A model generated the notes under the pieces. That model saw nothing but the letters and a program-made list of their open reading frames with translations. It ran no database searches and had not been told where the DNA came from. From the NCBI GenBank assembly GCA_964187785.1, contig OZ076418.1:27280001-27344000 (forward strand): a stretch of DNA of 64,000 bases, read 5' to 3'. Position numbers and translations under genes: made by a program. Shown here in pieces: positions 49,545 through 60,700 of the stretch (position 1 is its first letter; every line of letters starts with the position of its first letter). This stretch comes from Amphiscolops sp. MND2022 (lineage: Eukaryota).

Positions 49545-49556
49545 AAAGAGGGGGAG
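49545..49556 (+). promoter_or_regulatory. Gypsy-3 polypurine tract
   Basis: aaagagggggag abutting the 3' LTR. Confidence 0.85.
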
Positions 49557-50485
49557 TGTCATGCCGGAAGCATGAATGAAACTGATAAAAACATTCTAAA
49601 CATTTTAAAAACTCAGTTAAATGTAATACTCTTAATATTTCAATAACCATGATTTACCATTGAACAATGACGGGCCTATCCCATCATCATTATTACTTCC
49701 TAAAATAAAAACGAATTGTAAACGTTGACATCATTTACTCATTACACGCTCCGTAAAAGTGCTTTCACCATATTTGACTTCATCAGTAAATTGTAGTATC
49801 ATATATAACGTTGGTAGTGCACCATCATAGACGCAATTTTGTATCAACCAACGCAAGTGATAGATGATTCATGTAACCATGGTAACATATAGGTGCTATC
49901 TTTTGTACTAAACGCCATTTATGTTGCTACCAGCAGGACGCACCAATTAACACCTAATCAATAGCGCAATACTATTGGTCAATGCGGTCACGTGACCAAC
50001 TGCAGTGAAAATTGCGACAAGAGTTGAAGTACCATCAGTAGAAAAATTTTACATAGCCTGACGTAGTTTTGCTTACCTCATTGATTTACTCAAACTTGAT
50101 ATTCATATTTTCAATCAAAATCAATAAACCTTTACAACAACAATTCCTTTCGAAGATTTGAAGATGATCAATACTAGATCTCAAAACGTAGATAGTTATG
50201 CTGCGTGTTCCAGCGGAATGGAACAAAATAGTGACAACGAAAGCGAATATAGTTTCCCTAACACGTTATCAAGAAATCAGATAAATGAATTCGAGAATGG
50301 AGATCTAATCAATGTTAGACATAATTCCAGTTTAAATTCTGTCGATCAACGTTTCATGGAGATGAATAAACAAATCAGTGAATTAACAAACATTGTGTTA
50401 GCCCTTACTGAGAAAATATCATCACCGACAACCGAATGTAGCGGACTCAACACCGTTATTAATACGAACGTGAATCGTTCTGACA
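49557..50485 (+). repeat. Gypsy-3 3' LTR
   Basis: Direct repeat of 35284-36213, followed by TSD cccat. Confidence 0.95.
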
Positions 50486-51136
50486 CCCATAATACACAAT
50501 TGCGTTTTCATTCTCGAAAATTGCCACAGCTTGACCCTCTCATAGTATTAGATTTTGTTACGCATGTCATCAACGACTCTCCCCAATATCCTCTTGCATC
50601 TCTCTCCCCTTCGGATTTCTTCGCTTTGGAATATACATTGTTTTATGATCACATGTTTTCAACCAACTCAAACCTTATGGTTCAAAATAAACTAGTGTTC
50701 TGTTGTACAAGTATACAAAAAATCTTTTGTACAAGTATACCCAACAGTGCTCATCAATTCAATTTTGGAACAATCTCAAACCGAGCAGGGGGCAAATAGA
50801 AACCTTGAAAAACACAGTTTATCTCTGTCTGAATATTGTGTGAAAAACTCTAAAATTAACTATGTCATAAATTACTGTACAGCATGAGTTGTTCAATTTT
50901 TTACCCAAACTTTTAATTTTGATCTTTTCTCAAAGAAGCCCGATCTTAGAAAAACGCGTTCAGTTTCCTCAAATGCAGTCACTGCAGTGAAAAATAATGA
51001 AAGATGTCTTCTATTTTCATGAAGATATCGCTTTGGGAATTAGGACATGGCAGAAAGAACACTTCTCGAAGATAATACCATTTACTTTCTGAGTGTCTTG
51101 CTCATCAGTTTAATATAAAAGGAAAATTGAAGTAAC

Positions 51137-51298
51137 CTTGTTGCTTTGATGCATGAGCTTCGACAACTCTTGCAACTGAAAAAGCCCAGCCATTAGGATG
51201 ACATCCTCTGCTTTTGAATATCTTTGAAAACCACTCGTCGCCAGACCAGTCAAAACTTTCAGGTGCTCCTGAAAGCTTCAACTTCTTTGGTTTCAACT
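51137..51298 (-). CDS. Cathepsin-L-family gene, exon spanning the mature N-terminus and the degenerate active-site segment
   Basis: APESFDWS...KSRGCHPNGWAFSVARVVEA aligns to LPxxxDWR...KNQGxCGSCWAFS. 162 nt, tttcag acceptor; phase-1 GT donor joins in frame to 33809. Confidence 0.85.
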
Positions 51299-51591
51299 CT
51301 GAAACGAAAAGAAACTGACTGACAAACAACACTGTCGAAGAAATACCTACTAAAGCCTCACAATGCGAAAAAATTTTGGAATCCGGGTGTCATTGAACCA
51401 GGAATGGGACTAACTTCACCCGGTTCAGTGTTTTCCTCGCCGTTGTTCCCGGCGAATATTTTGTTAGGACTCAACACTAACAGTGATACCTATTTGTAAG
51501 GAAATGTCTTTGACCAATCTGAATCTGGAAAGGTGTTTTGCGCATTCTCACTCTCTTTTTGGCACCAGGTGTGATTGAAATTTCCTAGACA

Positions 51592-52646
51592 CCCGTACTG
51601 ACACTCCAGTAGACTTAAGTCCTTGCCAGGACAACTCAACGATTCCAAGTCCTTGACAGGATAAGTCAAGGATTCCAAGGACTGTCATGGAGTTCCCCAG
51701 TTTTCAGAAAATTCGCAAGTTTTTACCAGTCCTGGTGCAATCCCTAGCAGTCCTTGAGAAATTTCAATCAAAAATTCGAAGTTGCATATATGGCGCGACC
51801 ATATTGAATTTGAGTAGGCAAAAACTAGCTGCTTGTATTTCCTATCACTTTCAAGTGCATTTTGTATCAATTATGCCCCATGAGCACTGGGTTATGGTCA
51901 GAATTACTGTTCCGGTACTATTTCCATAGTCGATACTCTGTCTGGGCTCAATAGTACCGGATATAATGATGGAATATGGGCTTTTTCCGGGCGGGTGAAT
52001 AAGCTCTAAAATTTATTGTGGCTTTAGATGGGCAGCAGGAATAGTAACTAAAACAGTATGATCGGTCAGAACAGCCTCATGCATGTCGAGAAATCGGTTC
52101 CCGTCCTGAAATTTTATATCCTATTCCCTTTAGATCTTATTCCCTTTGGATCTTATTACCTTTTTCAACATTAGATCTTAATCCTTTTTAGATCTTCTTC
52201 TGTAGAATATTATTTTGTATGGGGCATTTTATGCACGTGCTTGTTGGTACCCCTGCCAGCGTCGACTGTTTCTCAGTTGGCCAACCAAAACTATAAAAAG
52301 AATAATTTTCGAGGTCTTTTTATGATTATTTAACGAGAGACTACTATTTTTCACGATTTTCGTCAGTTGACCTACTGAAAAAACTTTCTTCCTGCACCCA
52401 ATTACAGTCATTCCAATTATATATAGCACCTATTCGCCCCTTATAAGCCCTGAATTGGTTTTGGTTTTTTCCGTGTTCCAGTCCTTGGCAGCGTATCTCC
52501 AGGATTCCCCAGGACTGGTAAGGACTGGTCCAGGACTTGTAAGGGTAAAAGTGGCACATGTCAGGACTGGTCCAGAACTTGACAAGTCCTTACCAGTCCT
52601 TGAGAATCCTTGACAGTCCTGGAATTCAAATTTTTGTCAATACGGG
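51592..52646. mobile_element. Non-autonomous CMC/EnSpm(CACTA)-like DNA element
   Basis: Terminal inverted repeats cccgtactgaca / tgtcaatacggg, 2-bp TSD ca, arrays of aggact/agtcct subterminal motifs near both ends, no coding capacity. Confidence 0.7.
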
Positions 52647-52919
52647 CACGCCGGGAAATTCAACGTGTGCAATTCACACCGCGAACGTCGAACATGGAAA
52701 ACTATCCAGCACAACTTCCTCGACTTATTTTCTTTCCACTCCGTTATAATTCATCGTAAATTACGACTCCCCTAGTTGAGACTGCTGGAACTTTTTACAT
52801 GCTGCAGGCCTGCATGCAGGGTAATTTGTTATAAAACCTAGAAAATTCAGAAAGGTTCCGGTGGTAGAATCTTGTAGAATTGCACTGCATTTTCCACTAC
52901 TGCAATCAAATTTGAAAAT

Positions 52920-53325
52920 ATTTCCGCCTTCCTTTACGGACACGATCACGTTGTATTCACACATTGCTTTCTCAAATACTCATCTGATTTAGTCACCGCT
53001 TCTCAAAGAGGACGCTGAAGGTGACGCTAGTTCGCTGTTTACATTGTGAATGAATTTAGTTTGCATTAAAATGGCGACAAAATTGTTTACGTCTCAGCTG
53101 CATTTAAAATTAGAACTGATGCATATTGAAACTTGCAGAACTTCACGGCTTGAAATTGCCGCCAAAACTTTGATGATTCTTTAAAGCAGCTTGATAAAAG
53201 TTAGTGACAACATGGAAATATTGACGCATTAAAGTTTCCGTAAGATATTTAGATTATCATAATAAAAGTTGCTGGTAACATTAAAGTACATGTAAAAAGT
53301 TCAAGCATGCTCAACAAGGGTCTAC
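52920..53325 (-). repeat. Family A repeat copy (reverse orientation)
   Basis: Reverse complement matches 33836-34190 and 32880-33200. Confidence 0.6.
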
Positions 53326-53329
53326 TTCC

Positions 53330-53470
53330 GGTTTAGGACACTATTTGACAGACTTCTTGCCTCAATCTCCGCGCTTTCAATAAAATTGGGTAATCCAATA
53401 AAAGCATTAAGAGATGAGAGGCAGAAAGCGAACAACATAATCACTGCAACCCATTGTAATTTCCGAGGAG
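53330..53470 (-). CDS. Candidate signal-peptide exon of the cathepsin-like gene
   Basis: Open frame GADTPRKLQWVAVIMLFAFCLSSLNAFIGLPNF...; an upstream micro-exon ATG AAA AAA AAA TGC G|gtaatt at ~53821-53836 would splice in frame. Link to exon 51298 unresolved; ends approximate. Confidence 0.4.
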
Positions 53471-54737
53471 TATCCGCACCTTACATGTTTTTAGGAGCGA
53501 ATTCACAGTATTTTTAAATTTTATTTATTGGTTCAGGGTTCTCAACTTCAAGTGCAAAAAATGTTAGTGTTCAACCTTGCTAAAAGAATGCGATACTGTT
53601 ACAAAGCATAAATAGATACCTTTGTGAAATTCCGAAACAGAAACACATGGCAGCAATCTTTCTACCAGTATTGTAGCGTCCATGTCACTAAACTTGTTCA
53701 TACACACTGAGTAGAGTTCTTTGCCATTCGCGTATTGATGTCCCAGCTGAAATCACAGCATGAACAAAAACTTTTTTCATCGTTGAAAATTGTAAGTTTT
53801 TTGGTAGTAAATAAAATTACCGCATTTTTTTTTCATGATCGGCCGACATTGTTTTTGTTCGATTTCCCGTTATGGTAGTAATTGTTTCTGCCAATATCAA
53901 AAAAGTTCCAAACTGGATTTTTTGCAGCAACTTATCACAAATACGAGCAAATTTGTCAAATTATGCTCGCAGAAACACAGTGATTTTGTTTATTTTCTAA
54001 GCAGCTTTCAAGACTGTTGCTCAACCTCAGCATTGGATCAATTTATGTCAAATAGTTGAAATTGAAAAACGAATTAAAAGTGTCCAGAAGCAAAAGCAAA
54101 ATTTTCTGCAATGTCTCAAATAATTTTTCCTATTCTCAATACTTGAATGAACCTCGAGTACCTAAAAAACGTATAAACGCATAAAAATTCTTGTTTCAGA
54201 ACAAAGCAAAAGGTTTTTCCGGCGGGAGTTTTGAGAACAGACAAATGTTTTCATCATTGCCAAAGAATAGTTGACACATAGCAATGAAAAAAAATATTCA
54301 ATCAACATTTTCCAGCAAAACCCAGTTTTGGTTTAATTTTTGGTCTGTGTTTTTTTCAGTTTTTTTCATCTGATCGTACCCTTGAAAGCCATCATGTTTT
54401 TCTTCCGGGAATCCAGAAATAATCCAAATAAAAATTGCTAACCAGAAGTCGATTAACTCTCCAATTCATAAACCTTTCCCACTCGAAACTCTTGGATCGA
54501 AAATGTCGTTGGAAGGTGAACTTCCAGGCTTCCCACTCATGACTTATAGCATTCTCGTCTCTTGGCTGCGTTCCATTTATGAGAAAGGTATTCCTTAAAG
54601 AGAGAAATTTCAAGCTGGAAATAGTTGATTCAATCAAGTATAGCCGATGAATGGATAAAAAATATAAACCTCCTTCTATCTGAAATGAAAACGATGTTTA
54701 AATACTGTTGTCAAAACATCTGAATTTAATTGAGAAT

Positions 54738-55342
54738 TGTCACAGCCCCAGATAAGCTGTGAGTACTGCAACAAAAAACCCAGTCTATGGAAAACAGAAT
54801 AGGAAATAGAGATAAACAGTTAAAGAAACAATGCTCAAAACAACTGATATTTAACTATTCTGTCCTAAATCTCAACAATACCTTAAATGAATGGCGCTAA
54901 ACCGTTCAAATATAGATTCATAAAAATATTTGTATACTAATATTAATACATATGCACTGGACAAAAACCAAAGTGCAAGCACCGCGCAGTAAAAAGCATT
55001 TAATACGGTAATATACAGTTAGTAACACGCGGCCTGGCGACCGGCCTCAGAAGCTGAATTGCAGGACCGCGGCCCGGCGACCGGACTGAAGTGATTGAAG
55101 CGAGACGCCGGCCTGGCAACTATGAATGCTCAAGTCATTCTAATCCAATTGCCAATACGTTGCTACTGAGTATATGTAAACTAATTTGTTGTTTAAATGA
55201 TGGTTAAACGATGCAATACATGCAATCGGTTGGAAATGTTGTATGCGCGTTAAAAAATACTGTGATCACAAAACATGGCCCAGGACGTACCCCAGGCCAA
55301 AGGAAATTTAATCCATTGCTGAAATGAATATTGCTAGTGACA
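54738..55342. mobile_element. Possible old solo LTR
   Basis: tgtcac...gtgaca termini with short internal GC-rich repeats at 55025-55115; TSD only 3/5 (agaat/aggac). Confidence 0.3.
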
Positions 55343-56319
55343 AGGACAATTTCCTTTTACTAAATGATGCTAAAGATTAATACCCGTGTACGAATGACAA
55401 TTGTTAACTACATGCAGTTTATAATATAATTCTTTGCATATAAATGGTAATTAATTTAATGTCCCAGACAGTAGCATGGGCCCGAGCTTTCCTCTCCCAA
55501 TGTAATTTGGTGACTATTAATGTGTTGTGAGACTTATCCCGAATGAACTACTCGTCAAACAGGCGAATCAATGTGTTGAACAGTATGTGGAAAGCAATAG
55601 TATTTCCTGAAAACTTCCAGTTGCCGTTGTTTAATCACATTTTCATGTAACTTTTGTTTAAACTTTTGAACGTCCTGGACAAAGGTCTGGGACCAGGATT
55701 TGCGCCTTTTTGTCCAAGTTAGTGTTGTTAATGCCTTATAATCAACATTATGAGCTAATAGTTATCCTGTCGAAATAATCATTTCTTTTTTGCAGTATTT
55801 GAATTGTTTTAACTAATTTGAAAAATCTTCATTTTCCATGAAATGAGTGTCTCTGTTTTGATTCGATTTTTCCATCCTTCGGGCGTGATTGGAGATTAAT
55901 TTCCCCCTTTTTATTGCTGAGTTCAGCTTCGGCGCTTTAAAAAGGATGGAATTGGAGGCGAAGGGAAATGGAGTCGCAACTCAGACAGGAAGTGGACGCT
56001 TGCTTTCCTCGGAAAGCATGAACAAACTGAAAGTCTGAGTTCGACAAAGCTGAACTGAACTTCTTGTTTCTCCGCCTTGGATGGACGCCGGGCTGAACAA
56101 ACCGTCAAGGTTGCTTGCGTTGTTCTCTCACTTTTGCAAGTGAATGGTATAAATATGATGAAGGGGCTAAACTTTTTAGTTGAATTGATAAGAATCCCAC
56201 AAAAACGCTTGTTATCCTGCCTTTTATTCCGATCAATAAAATCTTAAGAACTCCAAATTTCTCCATTTTTCCACTCGAAAATACTAAAGTTAAATCTTGG
56301 ATGATTCCAAACGCGAAAC

Positions 56320-56688
56320 TTGATTATGCCGGAAAGAGCTTCGAAGAAAAAAGCTAGAAGAAACTTCCCGGCGAGCTCTGTGGAGGAACAGGAAGCCACA
56401 AGCTCAGGGACAGAAAATGCACAAAAAATACCTGATAGGGACGTCTCTGAATTTTCGGAAAAGGTTGAAAAGTCAGTCTGCAGACGAATCAGAGAAACTG
56501 AGACTAACCTGTGGGCAATCTTAAAAATGATAAAGAATCTCTCTTCCAAAATCGATTCCTTATCTGGGAGAATACGCGAAAACCTAAATATTGAAACCAG
56601 TGAATTTCGATCTGAAATTATAGCATCGACTTCTAGAAACTGCGAAACCAAAAGTGTGACCCAAGACGAGGGTCTCTACAAGAATTGA
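56320..56688 (+). other. Isolated ORF resembling a retroelement ORF1/Gag N-terminus (basic start, coiled-coil-like)
   Basis: MPERASKKKARR...heptad-like LKMIKNLSSKIDSL; no downstream domains found. Confidence 0.25.
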
Positions 56689-57772
56689 TTTTTATTCTGT
56701 TGAAAATAGCTATCGTTTTAGCTTATGTTACTAGTCAACTATATTTTGCAAGATCTAATTATGATCATTTTGCGTCCTAGTTAGGTGTGTTACCGCAATT
56801 TTCAGGAAATATTGTTATTTGACTATGATGATAGGCTATACAAAATCCCGTTCTTGACAAGATTGGGACACAAAATCATGAATTATAAAATCATCGAAAA
56901 ATAAATGTGTATTAAATGTGTAACAAGTTTCGTATCAAAAAATTATCGCTACCTTTCAAGTATCTTGCCATGGGATCCATGATGGTTACCAAGATGTAGT
57001 GAGAAATTGGCGAGATCTTTAGACAGCCAATAAGCAAGTAAGAGTGTCAACCCGGGAATACCTAACTCGAATGTCCATTTGTTTTGACTTTTTGTTGTTG
57101 AACAGTCCTAAAACTCGACATCCGAAAAAATCCCAAAAAGTCGTAGTTTCAACGAGCCATATTTCTACATCGAATGACAGAATGGCCTCCTGATTAGCGG
57201 TGACCAGCGTATTTTGACTCAAACTGTCGATTCAGGGCAAAATCCTTGAAATCAAATCGATTTTTAAAATTTTTAGTATTGGGAACTTTTGGGCTCCAAT
57301 CCCATTATATCACTTTTCTGCTAAATATTTCCCTCAATTTCATGTTTAAACCCCCTTTAGCCCTCATATTTGTTAGTGATTGTGTAGTGCGAGTATATTT
57401 GAGTATTTTTAGCTAAAATTAGCCCACCAAGACAGGCAGAAAGTGCCCAAAATGATGTCTTTATTGATCACGAAAGTGTAGTTACTTGTTGTAAATCAGC
57501 GGATATTCTCTCATAACTTCATCTTTATGCATAAATAGTTACATCTATATTGCTTACTCTTTTAGTCGATGTTCCTAAAACGTTGTATAACTATAATAGA
57601 ACAGAAAATTAACTTCTTTAGAGCAAGATGTGAGTGTTTTCAGAAGTTGAAATCTTCAGTTTTCATCACGGATTTGTAGAGTTTTCGGGAACTTCACAAC
57701 TTTTTGCAAGTTAAAATTATCCCAGGGCCGACGGTTCGAACGCAATAGCTACTAAAATCAACCTTTATATTT

Positions 57773-60700
57773 TGGTGCCGCGACCCAGGAAAATTGCGTT
57801 AATTTTAACTATCTCTGACTTCTCTACTTCATTTCTCAGCTTTGTTAGATTTGCAGATACCCAACTGGTTTTCTCTTATCTTGAAAAAGAACAAAATTCA
57901 TATTTAACTGGATATTGTACTCACGTCACAAAGGACCTGATTCATTGTCCATCAGGTTGACCAAATCACTACATAGCAGTCAATTCAGCAGAAGTTAGCG
58001 CACAAAGAAGGCCACACTTGACTTGAGCGACCCGAAGGTAATGACAGCTCCGAAAGGCGGAACAACACAAGCGGTGTTGTTTTCGGATGCCTTGAAGAAA
58101 TCATCCAATGAGGCAGAATGGACAGAACACGAACAGTGATTTGCTAAAGTAGTTGAAGCAATATCACCGATAACTTCGAAGTTAGAGGAACTGAAAGCGA
58201 AAGGAAAAATTACAAGCCCAGCATACACGAATTGGGCAGTCTTTCTAAAGAATACAGCAAACTCAATAAAAGGATTGAACACGAATGCGAAAAGTGCATT
58301 CACATACTCAAAGAGAAATACCAGTCTGAGCGCTGCAAGGTTATGCGACGTCAGACGAGTGGTCTCGAAAATCTTTTCAAACAGTGTGAAGCATTGTTGT
58401 CAGTACTGAGAAAATTTTCCTTAGTTCGACAGCTGCTGAAAGATGAAAGTCAGTTCCTACGATTTTGGAAGCTATCAGAACCATTTTTACAAATGTCGTG
58501 TCAAGATCCAAGAAAAAATAGTCAAGACGGGATCATTAATTGCGCAGGGCGCAAGATCAATTAAAATCAATTCAGCTTTAGCAAAAGTTTGAGAGATGAA
58601 AGACGAATTGGACAAAGCTCTGTATGGGCAACGAACTCTGATGAATCTGGGCTATGCTAATCAAGACTTCTTTTCATCGAAGGAAGCCATTCTGGCTGAA
58701 GTTGAGAGAGAACTTCAGAAAGCAACAATTGAATGGATCTAGATCAGGACAGCAAGGATACGAACACCGCATCAGAAAACCTTGAGGCTGAAGATACAAC
58801 GGCAGCCGAAGCAAGTTCGGAAACGCACGGTCTTTCAGCCAGCATTGAAACAGATCAGGGCAAAGACAAGAAAAATGCTGTCGAGAAAATGGACCAAAGT
58901 TTGAAACTTTTGCAGAGTCCTATTGATACAATTTCACGAGACGAGTCAACAAAAAACGAGGAAGGCTCTACGAAGTACAGCGCTCCAGCAGCTATAAGTC
59001 ATGAGCTGATGCAATCCAGTAGCAACTCTCCATCCAAGGAAAAGTGTAGCAAGTGAGCCTTCGAAGTACCAACATTCAAACCGCAGTTCCCGATCTTCAC
59101 GACTCAGTGAACGTCGTCGACTTGAGAGTCAAGCGAAGATTGTGGAACAAGAAACACGAATGGCGATTGAGAAAAAAGAGAGAATTGGAGCTGAAACGTA
59201 AGCAGCGGCAATTGGAAATGGAGATAGAAGCAATGCGAGCCGAAACAGAGTTGGCTGATTTACGGGATCAGACCTCCCTAAAGATGCAGGAGATGAAACT
59301 TCAATCGAAGAAGCAGAAGGCTCTTGTCATGGGTCAACTGTTAATCCCAGTCTAATGTCGTTATCAATCAATCACGACAGAAACAGCGACATCAAATGCT
59401 GGTAAGATCAAAACAGCGACGTTATGAATATTCAGAAGCAAAATTCGCAGAATGTTGTGAAAACTGGAAAAAAAACACAGTTATCTCAAGAGAACCAGTG
59501 GCTTCACGAAGTAGAGGACAACTGCTGGAAGTAATTGAGCGAAAGGATCCTTCTGCCGAGCGCAAAATCAAAGGTGTAAGAGACCGAGCTGATAGAAGTT
59601 GAAGCCTTTCAAAGTCGAGAACAATCTCACCGAATTATATCACACTGACTGGGACACGTTAGTCCGCATTTCTGGTCGACCCCAGACAGTAGGTTACGCT
59701 CAAATGTAGCTCATCCACACGTACCCTTTCATCAAACCTCACGACTAAGCAGCTATTATCAAATATGCCCAACACATTACAACGTGTGTTATTGTGTTGA
59801 ATCAGTATGAATTTACTGGTGATCTTAGCTCAGAGTCCGTATTAAACAGCGCTGTGCGAAAATACCTCCAGAGTGGAAAACGAAAAGGTTGTTCTATGCA
59901 AAGGGTTGTTATCTGCGGCAATACACATGGAATATGGGCTTGCGACGCTTTCAAGACACTGGCTCCTTTTGACATGCTGTGAAGGATTGCAAGATGAAGG
60001 TATATAGAACTGACAGCTGCAAAAGGCGTCACAAAAGATTGTTGCACCGACCAGAAGAGACCAAAAGCCCTAATACGACGTCAACAGAAGAATCTGTTGA
60101 AACCCATGCAAAAGTAAGTTTGGACACTTTTGGCATTCTACCCGTTTACGAAGTGAACCTCTCGAACAATGGGAAGTAAGTGAAACTCCTAGCGTTAGTT
60201 GACAGTGGATTTAGTCTGTCATCGGTTGATAAGACTTCAGCAGATCAACATAACCTGCAGGAAGTCAACCGCGGTCTAGCTGTTAGCGGAACAAACGGAA
60301 CTGAATGCCACGAAAGTGAGCTTGTCAAAGTCACCATTCATTCAAAATATTACGGAAATGAAGATGGTAAGTTGGGTATTCATCAAAATCCTGTCATTTG
60401 CCACAGTTTTTTTGATGCTCGAAGATTGCACAGCCATTACCCTCAACTAACCAAAGTTCCGCCAAACAATTTCAATCTGAAAGGTGTAAATGCATACCTG
60501 GGAACAGATTGCTTCTCCTTGACTCGACCCCTAGTATATCAACGTGGAAGGCCTTGTGAGCCGTGGGCTGTTTGATGTTCTCTGAGGTGGACAGTCAGTG
60601 ACCCCTTGCCGAAAAAGTTTGTGTCCTCACTTACATCAAGTCATAGTTCGGTTCATCAGTCTGCAGATTTGGACTTCAACGAACAAATTAAGTCATGGTG

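Larger units (their letters stand above)
35284..50485 (+). mobile_element. Gypsy-3: 15.2-kb Ty3/Gypsy LTR retrotransposon, near intact, with ~7-kb 3' cargo region
   Basis: 930/929-bp LTRs, 5-bp TSD cccat on both sides, PBS, PPT, gag and pol; inserted antisense in an intron of the cathepsin-like gene. Confidence 0.97.

Noticed and set aside
52470-52620. Short aggact/agtcct repeats as a CRISPR-like array
   Set aside because: Irregular spacing, mixed orientation and eukaryotic context; explained as subterminal repeats of the CMC-like element.
52761-52964. Cys-rich 67-aa ORF as a host exon
   Set aside because: Its 5' part overlaps the family A repeat, and there is no cathepsin similarity.
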